DNA from: Ptychomitrium polyphyllum
Taxonomy: Eukaryota
Assembly: GCA_973851085.1 (NCBI GenBank)
Contig: OZ316775.1
Coordinates: 14,694,001 to 14,758,000, forward strand
Reading direction: 5' to 3'
DNA length: 64,000 nucleotides
In this document: positions 11,854 through 23,600 of the stretch, in pieces
Numbering within the stretch: position 1 is the first letter of the stretch
How the letters are laid out: each line of letters starts with the position of its first letter
The notes under the pieces: generated by a model
Seen by the model: the letters and a program-made list of their open reading frames with translations, nothing else
Database searches by the model: none
What the model was told of the DNA's origin: nothing
Program-made: the position numbers and the translations under genes

Positions 11854-14800
11854 ATGACATCAACAGATAAGTTTGATGGCATCAATCTAAATCCTATAAA
11901 TTGTGAAAATTCAACCAATTATATCTTTGAAAGCTAATTTAAATTATATTTATCATTATTCATTGATAAATTAAGATTACATTTTAAAGAAGAACATTCT
12001 CTCTCATATCTTTTAAGAAGCCTTTTCACCATCCTTTCAAATTTGTAATGGTAACCATACTTGCTCAATTTCAATGTATATTTAATTTACTTGTAATTGT
12101 ATCAATATAACGAGCTATAAAAGGAATTTCAAAACTTAAAAATGCAATGGTGAAGATCACATATTTTGTTTATTCAACTTAACTTAATTCATTTGGATTT
12201 AGTTTTGTTTGAAATGTTACATGGATGATTCCTTCAACGTGAATATATCATTTTTCAACGGATGTAGCAACTCACCATCACCTTAAAAAAATAAGAATCA
12301 AACAATAAATAAGAGTAAAAGCATGTCACAGAGAATGCATGGAGGCATGAGAATAATTTGGTGACTTGGCGCACAACGTCCTCAATTTTCAAATTTCAAT
12401 TTTCAGCACAAGAAAGGTTTTCACAGTGTAATCGTAGGTTTGCATGATGGAATTTATCCTTTTCTTTTGAGAGTCTAGGGCCACTGAAGAACGTCATGGA
12501 AGCGCTGGAGCGACCAGCTTTATGACTCCCAAAAGGATGCAGTACAGCCTCCACGCATCCTCGCCTTGGTAGAAAAGGTTCCCTGAACCCGGAAAACCAG
12601 AAGTGGCGATCGACTCAGCGAAGGAAATTTGCAAGAATGAGAAATCCACTAGATCGACGCCAGATTGACTGCAAGTGAGCGGCGTGGGGTGGGTGGGTGG
12701 GTGGGTCATAAGCTCATTGAATTCCTCCCCCTAGTTTAATCCTCAGTAATTGTGCCCATGGAAGTACACAGGAAGGACCACTGGGGGCAGAAAAGGTGAT
12801 GTTCGGAAGTGAGCTGTAGTGCGAAATCCCGGCCCCAGACTGAAAGCCTGAAAGGCTCCCCTCCACACCCCCCCACCCCCCTCCTGCGGCCCCTTCTCCT
12901 CCCTATACTGTGTCTCCACAACCACAACCTACATCTCCATGCTCCTCACTCCCACACGGCACCATCACGCTTCCTGCTCACCCAAAGCTCCCGGCTTTCG
13001 CGTCCAAAACTTCCACCTTGGGCACCAAAACTCACACCTTTGGTGCCGAAGCTCTCACCTTTGGGTGCTCATTCCAATTGGACTCGTCCAGGTTTGCGGC
13101 GACGGCGCGACTATTGGGGAGTTCTGGGAGAGTTTTCCTCGCTAGTGGGTACTAAGTTCGTAGTGTATCAGTGGAAGTGCTGGAGCACCAGCAGCAGCAG
13201 CATCTTGTTCGGGTGGGTTGGTTGGTTTAGTTGTTGATATTTTGGTAGGGAGGAGGTGGTAGTTGCCGTTGTTGTTTCAGGAAGAGTTTTGTTGAGAGTA
13301 TAGTGGCATCGTATCGTAAGGTTGAGAGGCATTTTGTTCAGGTGTTGTAATAATCCAGTCGGTGATCTGATCTGCGTGGCGTGGAGGAGCTTGAAGGTAA
13401 GCCACTTGACTACTGCACCTGCAAGCAGGTAGATTGTGGTGTGACGATAGTGAGAGGTTGCTGTTGTGGTCCGTGTTGCGGAAGGTGAGGGGAGCTAGTG
13501 CCCATTTAATTCGGTAGGTGAGGGGGATGAGACGGTTTCGTGCAGAGGCATTGAGAGGCGGTGTTCAGGAGAGCCTCTGCAAGCGCGCAAGTGATGATCT
13601 GCGTCTGGGAGAGGCACCCACTTCAGTAGCATAGAAGAGTTGGGAGGAATTGCTATATTGGTTTTTAATAGCCAACTAGCAGTCGCGTAGTGCAAACAGC
13701 GACATAGGGGGACAAGTGGGGTTTCGTGTTACCGGCACTAGCTTGTGGAGTGAGCTCACTTCCTACCGCTTGATTACTGTGATGTCGGTTGGTAGTGGTT
13801 CTAAGCAGAACGAAAAGATTCCGTTCCATGTTTCTAGGTTTTCTGGTCCGTGGTGAGTGTTGTTCGGGAGGCGTGAAAAATGGAGCACACTGAACTCACA
13901 GGTAGAGTGTAGAAATGATGAATCGCTGCTCGGTTTGTTGACAACTTTGAAGGACATTGATAATCAACGTCTTCGTGTGCGACCTCTGCCCTTTCGTCTC
14001 TGTTTTAGTGCCAGCTCTACAGCGCATTTTTAACATTCCTCGAGTTCAGCTCCTGAATTTTGAACAGCCATTCTTGGAAGCCACTCGAGTGCTTCGTTGG
14101 GTAGATCTACAGGTTGGTAGAGAGAGGGGAATATCACTGTCGCTATGGATACTATTCTGTGCAGCAGTTAACGTTTGTAAAGGTTTCTGTGTCCTTGTAA
14201 GCGGTATCCATTTTTGCGGGTAGAGTGAGAGGGGAAGGAAGAGTCAACCGTCCATTTATCTCTTGGTCATACCTAATTGTTGGGAGGTCACTGAACCGCG
14301 GAATTTATGCTTATTCGTGAATGTCTTGCTTTTACACTGAAGTGGTGAGGACGATGATTGAATTCATCTCGTGGGTGCTTCGGTAGTGTGCCGCGCTGAT
14401 ATCGTTTTGATGACTGTTCCATAGTTATGGTGATATAGTATGGTGAAGACACAACGGCTCTTTCGAAGGTTGAACCTTGAACTCAGTTTGTAAATGTTTT
14501 GCTCACTGAACATGGTCGTACTGCAGGAATCGTCGCAAGGTGAAGAGAAGACCACCATTAGTTCTCGCAAACTTATGGTCTTGAAGCGAGAAGACACTCA
14601 GCTGAGTAGCCGAAGTTTACGATTAGTTTTTTGTTCATGTAGTTGAAGTCGTAGAGGTTGAAGTTGAGTTATTGCAAGATTGGTCGGCATCCAACTTTGG
14701 ACTTCGAAGCAGGCTTTTTGGATGTTGGTGTGAACATCGTGGTGGAGACTTATCTGAGAAGCATTGCGGGGCTGACTCGTCGGGGGTCTCTCATGCTCTA

Positions 14801-14994
14801 AACCAACCAGCTAAAATTTTGGTTTTTGGTGCCGGTGAAGATGCAGATGGGGTGAAGATGCAGAAAGGGGGAAGTTTTTGAACAGTTTCAGAATATCCTG
14901 AGGGGAGCTCAAAGTGGTTTCAAAAGTGAAGAATGTGCTCTCAGTGAGAGGAGAGCTGAGCATCTACCGAACCATTTAATCCAGTAACGTGGGC

Positions 14995-17900
14995 ATGCGT
15001 AGCGGGGCCAGTGCAGTGCAGCACTTGCTAAGCCCGGCGGCACTCGGCGTCCTCAAGCATGCGGTCACGGAGGCGCGACGGAGGGGCCACCCGCAGGTGC
15101 AGCCCCTCCATGTCGTCTCCATGCTGCTCACTCACGCCGGCAGCCGGCTGCGCCAAGCCTGCATGCTATCCCATCCCCAGAACTCCCAGACGGCCGAGTG
15201 TCGCGCGTTGGAGGTTTGCTTCAACGTGGCCCTCGACCACCTTCCTCAATCTGCTATGGCTGCTGCCAGTCAACCCATCTTGTCCAATGCCTTGATGGCC
15301 GCGCTCAAGCGCGCTCATGCGCACCAGCGACGCGGCTGCCCCGAGCACCAGCACTCTCCCCTCCTCGCTGTGAAGGTTGAGATCGACCAGCTCATCATTT
15401 CAATTCTTGATGACCCAAGTGTTAGCCGTGTGATGAAAGAGGCTGGCTTTTCCAGCACGAATGTCAAGTTTAATCTGGAAGATGGACCTGCTTCTGCCGC
15501 CGCCGCCACTTCAGTGACTGTTGCTAGTGGAGGGTTACATGTGGGACATGAGCCGCAGCCTGTCAGAAATGGCGTTGACATGGTCTCTCAAGGTATGTCA
15601 ATCTTTTACATGACTATTTTCTTCAGAGATCATCTGTTGATGCTTAAGTAGTTTATGAAACAGTGTAATGGTTTTCTTTCTTTCGTCTGGGAAAGTTTTG
15701 TATTCTGATGTGAGTCACGAGGCATGTCGTTTTGTTTGGAATTTCATAGTTCTGCTTTTTTCGATTTGGTCTTGATATTCCTATGATATGATGTTTCAAG
15801 GTATCTGTTGATATGAATGTGAGTGACGTGATGCGAGTGTTGATGGGTGTGCGGTTTTTATTTTAGGATCATCAATCTGTGGACTTTTTCGTTTTTTTGT
15901 TTTTTCGTTTTCTTCTATGTCCTAATACTTTTTGGGGTGGTTTTCAGGAGGATCATTTTATGACAACAGCTGTGTCATACAAGAGGAGAATGAGAGTAAG
16001 AGCTCGGTGAAGATTTCACCCGGAGTGATGAACCAGGCCAATTCCATGAGTTCATGGCAGCATTCCGAAGTGTTGCTGGAAGGAGAAAGGAGAGAGATGA
16101 TGATGAGAGCTTCAAGCAGAGTAAACCAGATGGTGGGTCCTGCGGTTAGTCTTCCTTCAAGAGAAGAAGACATTCGTAATATTGTAGAAGTTCTGTTGGC
16201 ACCCAGGAACAGGAATGCTATCTTGATAGGCGATACCACTGTGGGTGCGAACTGTGTTGTGGAAGATCTGGCTGTCAGGATAAAGAACGGAACCGTCCCA
16301 GCGCAGCTGCAAGGCTTGCAGTTTCTTGACCCCAAGTTGTCCTCGTCCTCGTTCGGCTATTGCAGCAGTCTTGAGATGGAGCAGAAGCTGGCGGAGTTGA
16401 GTAAGATCGTAGAGGAGTGTATGCCTGCTGGTGCTATCCTTCACATTGGTGACTTGCAATGGCTTGCAGAGCCTATGCAACTGAAGAAAGGCCCTTCCAC
16501 GTTTTGTCCTGCGCAACGTACTGCCAGTGAGTTGCGGCAGTTGCTGATTCGGCACGCCCACAACAGGCTGTGGTTTGTGGGAGTGATAACTCCGAATACC
16601 TTCGCCCGACTGCAAGTTCTTTACCCATCCTTGGCAAATGAATGGAGTCTTCAAGCTGTGCAAGTTACTACAACTTTTCAGCCTCCTCAGCCTACCTTCC
16701 TACAGAGGTTAGCATCTTAATTCTTTTGTAATTTTACTAGTTGCTTTTGTTTCTTCTTTCTGGTTCTATCGTGACTTTCTTGAGCAGTTGGTGAGACTGC
16801 ACTCTCCCTACCCTTCCTTAATCAGGGGCCTACTTGGCAAAAAATTAGCCCAAATTAGCGGCTTGTCACATGGGCAGTCAACTTTTCTGGAGCTTGTACA
16901 CTACATGGCATTTAAAGCTCATATCAGTAACCTTTTGACTTGACTTTTGCAATCTATAGCTTTATTTTGCAAGGTACTGGTATAGTAAGCATCCTGGATT
17001 TCGATACTTAGGTGTATTTACAGGGGTTTCAAGAGCGTTATGATAATCTGTTATTTCAGTTTATTTTTATGAACCTTTAAAGAAATTTCAATGTTTCTGA
17101 ATATTTTTTATGTTGTCGTTTTATGTTGAATTTGGCTCCTTCACATGCTTGTTAGTGATTTGTTGAAGCTCTGTCTGAGCAGTTTACCTGCGGAAGTAAC
17201 GGTGAAGTGCTTTGGAATTGCCAGGTTTTCTAGCGATCTTCAGACTGTAAACGATCAACAGACTCCGAAATCTCTGCCTGGCCGGTCAAGTTCGCCCATA
17301 ATGGCTTCAGTAGTGCAGGATAGTCGACACATCAGGAACAGCGGAGTGACACAGAGGTTTCAGTGTTGTCCTGACTGCCTTTCCAAGTTTGAAGATGAGC
17401 TTCGCCAATTTCATGAAAATGAAAACCTCTCGCTGCAATTAGCCCCAATTAAGTGGTGCTCTCCTAATAATGATGAAGTTACTTCTGGAGGCGCTAACGG
17501 CGTTACGAGCCAGGTGTGATATTTGTTTCGATACTTTCTCCACTATTCTATCTTTTGTTCTTCGCAGATTTCAGTTTTCTGAGGTTACTTCGTCTTAATT
17601 CTATCTTGTAGTTTGAAGAAGAATAATGCCTTCGTTTTATTGAAGATATGTTTCTTTTTGTTTGTTTCTAATTATTTCTTCTATGTGCTTCTGCAGGGAA
17701 AGCAGTCAATGGTACAGCTCCAGCAGAAGTGGCAAAAGATATGCAGAATGCAACATGGAGAACCAACTTCAGTTCTGACCCGGTCGCAGCTACAGTCTCC
17801 TACGAGTCGACTGTCTGCATCTTCTCTCAGTAAACCCTGTGGTGAGAGTAGTTTTAATCTCTTTAGTCTCATTGCATTCTCTGATTCTATGTTATGGTGA

Positions 17901-20071
17901 AATTTTTGCACTTTTTCCCTTGTACTGCCTCTTGACTAGGCTTTCTGATTCCAGCTTGATAAACCATTTCCGTGTTTGCTAGTTTTTTTGTCAATTATGG
18001 TGTTTTCAAGATCTGAATTCTGTAGTGATTTGCAAATGCAGGTCTAGGTTTGGACATGTCTTCTCAGTGGTCGAATTTGCAGAACAGGAACCACCTGGGG
18101 TCATCTGTTGTTGATCAGCCCCTTCGGACGACGTCAAGCATTCCCACGTACACCATGTATGCTGCAAGAGACCAGTCTACAGCGAGCCAACCTCTGCAAA
18201 GCGTGGGGCTAAGGGTTCAAGAACCAGTTACAACATCTGTGGGTGCCAACGCCAAGTCTTCAGAGGCTCCTGATTTTGATTCACCCAAAGAGTGCATTAG
18301 CAGTGTGGCGTCTGCTCCAGAGGAACATGAAGACCCCAACGGTTCCACTGGCACTTCGGCTCAGGATGCATCTTTGGTATCTATTCACACAAATCTGGTT
18401 CTTGGAAGAGCAAACGCTGTCGGTTTCAGCTTGATGGGTAGCAAGCTCAGGGCTCCTCAACCCAAGCCAGTACTCACTCAACGCAGCTCCCTCCAGTCTG
18501 TGGGTGCCAGTCCCATTTCCAGCTTGAAAGCAAACAGTGGGAAACCAGCCTGGCTAACACAGTCTTCTCAACAAAGTCTGCAACAACGACGACCAGTTGC
18601 CACCAACACTGGTTCTCCTCAAGGGAGCTTGTCATTGCACTCGTCTCCTTCGCCCATGGCAAGACGGCGAGTCAACATCACAAAGTCTTCAAGTCCTCCT
18701 CCAATGCCTATGAAAGAGATCTTTGTGGACGACAATCTGAAGGGTCTGTACAAGGGCCTCATGCAACGAGTTCCTTGGCAGGCCGCTGCTATAGCCGGCA
18801 TATCAGCCACTGTTATGAAGTGCAGGTCTGGCGCTTCGGGCTTCCGAGGTGCAACTGCCAAGACCGATACATGGCTGCTTCTGTTGGGCCCGGACCCTGT
18901 GGCCAAGCATGCAATTGCTAAAGCCTTGGCAGAGCTTGTATTCGGTGGTGAGAGGAGCCTCATCCACCTCGGTTTTGCAGAAGGGTCGCGTGCCAAGCTG
19001 GAGGCAGACGATAACGGCAACCGCTACCGAGCTCTCACTCCTCTCGACAGGCTAGCAGAAGCTGTGAGATTGAAGCCTTCTGCAGTGATTTTGTTGGAGG
19101 ATATTGATAAAGCTGCCAGTTTTATGAAGGGCAAAGTCCTGAGAGCTATGGAGATCGGCAAGCTTGCTGACTCAAACGGGCGCGAGGTGAGCTTCAGTAA
19201 CACCATTGTGGTTATGACCACTAGTGTTGGGAGAGAGCTTTGTGAGCCAAAAGTGCGTCCTGGAAGCTTATCGTTTTCAGAAGTGAAGTTTGCTACCTTG
19301 GTGGGAAGAGCTGAAATTCGTGGCAAGGTTAAAGACGTAAGGAGCTGCGACAAAGTGGTGCTGGAAGCTCCAAATAGGAGGGTTGTGGTCGTGGATCATG
19401 GCGATTCAAGGCAGCAAAAGGAATCATTTCCAGCTCTGAATCACTTATCAGCGAAAGTCCCATTCTGGGTGCCGAAGAGAAAACCAGATTCCATGCTTGT
19501 TGGTGAGCTCCGTTTAAATAACGACGGGAAGCGGGCGAAAACTAGTGAAGGTCGGTTCCTCAACCTGGATCTGAACCTGGCCACTGGCGATGCCAGCGAA
19601 GGCAATTGCTGGACAGATGAGAGCCAAAGCACTTATGTGCGGGGTGATTGCGAGGACGAGGAGGATGCGAAGCTGCAGAAGGTGTTAGCTAAGGCTCAGT
19701 TTGCCTTGTCGGATAAATTCTGTGCCTTGCCAGACTACGCTGTGGGATTCGACGCCTATGATTTTGACGGACTTGCAACTGATATCTTGATCAAGCTCGG
19801 AAAAGCACTTGAGGTTCATGCTCCATGTGAGGTGGATATTCTGGAGGTTGATCTTCAGCTTCTGGAGCATATCATTTCCTGTGTGTGGAAGATGCCTGGA
19901 GGGCGCCAAGCTTTCAACGCATGGATTGAAGACATCTTTGTTAAATCTTTGTCGAGTCTCAGTAGAGGCGCTGTTGTGGAATTGGTGGCTGAGCTCCCCG
20001 AAGTGGAGGATGGCGAGGATGGTGTTGCGCTGCCCTACAGCTTTGTGTTTGAGTCCACGTTGGCCGTGTAG
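14995..20071 (+). CDS. SMXL: SMAX1/D53-like (SMXL) Clp-ATPase-related transcriptional repressor, ~1273 aa; exons 14995-15592, 15948-16707, 17225-17513, 17697-17841, 18042-20071
   Basis: The N-terminus [40 protein letters not shown]...[16 protein letters not shown]...[19 protein letters not shown]...[23 protein letters not shown] is the SMXL double Clp-N signature. Also present: degenerate D1 (LHIGDLQWL), CCPDC, D2 ([17 protein letters not shown]) and the EAR motif LDLNL. All introns are GT-AG with consistent phases (total 3822 nt). Confidence 0.95.
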
Positions 20072-23000
20072 GATCATTGCCTCGTGGCGGTAAGCCTTTG
20101 AGGGAGACTGAAGTTGCCCTGCCTGCACGCAACTTGCAATGGTGATTTGGCTTCACTTTGCTTGGACTGTGTTGCATGGAGTGCGGTATTGAATTCCATG
20201 AGAATATTGTAATACCCTGTGGTATTTTGGTTCTAAGTGAGGTTTCAGAGCAGGTCCCTCACTAGCAGTGCCTAAGACTGATAAGACCAATCCAAAAATA
20301 GAGCTGCTAGAGCTGAGTGTTGGACTAGCTGTGGCATAGTTGTGATTGCTTACAGAGGTTGTGAATCATGCATATGTTCCAATCATTAGTCCTTATACTT
20401 GGGCTTTCCTTGTCCAGTCAGTGGGACCTTAGGCCTGGTTATGATGTACCCATCTCTGGCTGGGTAAGGGTTTTTGCTCCTAGAACCCGTGGGAGGGTTT
20501 GTAAAGGGAGATGTACGTTTATACAATCTCGACGATAACTGGTTATCCTGGCCTGGCATTCAGTTGTACTTGAAGACAAGCTGGAATTACATGGCCGTCT
20601 GGCTACGTAATGGACCGGAGGACGTAAATTACTGCAAAGGCTGCTACTTAGTGCTAGATTGCTCCGTGTAACGAAGGCTGCTGGATCCGAACAACCATCT
20701 GCTTCTTAAGTTAATTATTCAATTTGTAGCCTCAATGTCTGTAGCCATTAATTGTCAGGGTGCAGTGTAGAAGTGATGAGTCAGGGTGGAATTCGTGGAG
20801 TTTGCAGTGCAGTTTTCCTTGCTTTTTGCGCTTGTACATATTCAACATGGATTCCTCACAGTCACATTGAGTGAGGTTGCCGTTACCACTTTCACTTTGG
20901 TTCTCATGTTTGATTCATGGTCGTCCAGTACGTTGCAACGTGTGCTGTGAGTGAGGCATGGGTAAATCGTACGGTGATCTGGAGAAACTATGACTTAGAT
21001 ATTTTCGTCTAAGCTTGTGATCCAGACAGCAGGACTCATAGGAGTAGGATTACACAAATATCCCCCTTCAAAGCATCATGAGCAGGACATTACTAGCTAT
21101 TCTGAATTCTTCATCTTAAGATCTGTGCTGTTCATGTTGTGAAAGCAAAACCCGAATCCTGCATGTGTTGTTAGGATTCCTCCCTTCCGAATTTAGATTC
21201 TACTACCAAAATTTGGTGTAGGACATCTTCGCACGGCGTCTTCTGCTAGGTTCTACAAAGCAAGGTTATAATACATGGATCCACCATGTGTTGATCTTTG
21301 TATGGATGCACCAAGTGTTGATCTTCGTATGGATCTTGCACGTCTCCCACCTTTTAATGTCCTGTGCGTCATGATGTGGTGGTCATGAAAGGCTACCTCC
21401 AAGAGAATGTTTTTTTTTAGAAAGTAAGGAAAAGACGCTTGCCAAAGAACATGCTACAAATTTTCACCAGTAGAGGATTTCGGGTAGGTTTAGATATCCA
21501 CACTACGTCACTATTCACTTCAAAGATTCAAACTTCACATATTGATCAATATTGTAGTGTGTCAATGAGTAGTTTACTGATTCATTTTCTCAACAACTGG
21601 CTATTGTAAGAATGTTCACTGAACCACTACCATAACAAACAAAACATACCCTGGATATTATTGTGCATTTACTGAGAATTTACGTGAACTCAGTGGTTGG
21701 ACGTTCAAACATGGTGATGCGTAAGCATCTCGTTATTTGTATGAGGCCATTAAACAGGATTGCAATAAATCTGGTACAGAAAATTGCCATTAGTTAGAAT
21801 ACTTGAACCTTGTCTAAACAAATTTCCTTCATAACTAGACTGCTCATGTTGAACTTCGGGATACAGGATATGTGGACCTTTCGCACCTCGTGAAGGAAGA
21901 GTTACCAAAAGTTTGAGTTCTGCATCATGAAATTCACTAACTGCCTGGAAATTTACAGGATCACAAGCAGCAGAAATTGCAGGAGCTGATACTATCAGCA
22001 TGGTGAGCATTAATCCAAACATCCATACTAGAACCAAAAGCCATCTCTCAAAGTGCTCTTCCGAAGATACTGCTGGAAGCTTTGCCTTGGTGGATTTGTA
22101 TAGAGATAGATCGGCAGAACGTTACAAGAATGATCACTAATCCTTCCCTTACAATTTCTGCTATTTCTTACAACAACCGAGATTTATGATCTGCACGTCT
22201 TCATCCAACTCTACAAAGTGATAGCCAAAGGGCTTCTACTATGATTGAATACTCTTCCCAAAGAAATAACCCTCCTTAGCGAGGAACAGTAGAAACCTTT
22301 TGTTTGAAATATCTGCATAACCCTGAAACTTAGACCTCTTTTTTTCAAAAAGGAGAATGTCCTCCTTCTCAACAGCATCATTAGAGTAATCTCGTAAGGG
22401 CTTAGGACGTCCTTTTCATCATCTCTCATAATTTAAATCCCTACCGCCTTGTCGTCGCAGCACGCTTTTCTTCCTCCAGTAAAGAACTTCCTCTTTATCG
22501 CTTGTAGTGTCCTCAGAGTCACCCGCTGAACTTGAGCATGAATGGCCGCCAAGAACGTCCGTCCTTATTGCTCTCAAAGCCTGTTTGCTTGTCATGGCAC
22601 TACGACACCTCAACTGATAGCAGAAACTTGGCCCGTCTCCCGTCTCTATCGACGTCCTGCTCTACAACACCTCAAATCATAGTAGAAGCCCTAAACCTTC
22701 TCTATCATCGTCCTACGCTACAGTACTCGACTTCCTGCATTTGCTTGAACTTGACATCATATATGAATCTTAATGGGATCTGTACTTGACGGATGGAGTC
22801 TTTGTGATCGCGGGAGACTTCACAGCGTGGGACTCGGCGACACCATTGACTTCGATCTTGGACTTGCGGGCATGGAGCAACGGGCTGAGGCAGCGCGGTG
22901 TGCCAGACCCTTTGCAGAGGGACCATTAGTATGACGCAAAGAGAAGACACTCTTTTGTTGGCTTGTTATCGAGACTAGTCGCCACACAACCAGCCTCGAA

Positions 23001-23249
23001 GTTTGCGCCATGACTCACCAAGCCTTGATACTAGCTCCTCCACCTGAACGAGTTCAACTTAACGGATGGCATCATAGTTCTAACTACTTCCCATTTCATG
23101 ACATTCTTTAGCTGGTTGACCTTGCACTATCAACAATACTACAACAGTGGTACTCCACTCCAAGTGCTAAACTTTGTTATCTGGCTAAAGAATGTAAGTT
23201 CGAAAACTACAAACACAACTCGAGCTCCAATAGAGATATTGATTCTCGT

Positions 23250-23600
23250 GTGGTCGGGCCAGGAGACAGTCAGGCCCATGGCACTCTTAGGTGTCGCTGC
23301 TTCGGCATGTTTAGATCGCATCCTAAAGATGGCAGAAGATGAGGACTCTGCTACTGGTTTTTTCTCGCATCTGAATGTATCAGCGCACCATGATTTCTGC
23401 ACTAACTTACTGCAGTTGTCTACTTGAAGAAGCATCTCGAAGAGGAATCCAACTTGCTTGCACTATCACCTCACTAGTCTACATCGGTGATGGTCTAGTT
23501 GTTGGTTCCCTTTCTAAGCAGATATTGGTACTTTGTAAGATAAACTTAGTTGATAGGAGGTTAAGGCAGACTAGAAAGATAACCTTGGTCACAATTGTAT
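23250..23600 (+). mobile_element. Possible heavily decayed Ty1/copia gag-protease relic
   Basis: Frameshifted fragments resemble a zinc knuckle (RCRCFGMFRSHPKD), a W-F...SAH protease-like segment and LVYIGDG. The similarity is weak. Confidence 0.25.

Noticed and set aside
12736..13237. Pro/His/Leu-rich ORFs (such as 12809-13237) upstream of SMXL
   Set aside because: They are by-products of GC-rich, low-complexity promoter/5' UTR sequence, start at non-ATG codons, and contain no domain.
21750..22037. ORF with a signal-peptide-like start (MFGLMLTMLIVSAPAISAACDP)
   Set aside because: It is short with no known peptide-family motif and no promoter or splice evidence. A hydrophobic stretch can arise by chance.
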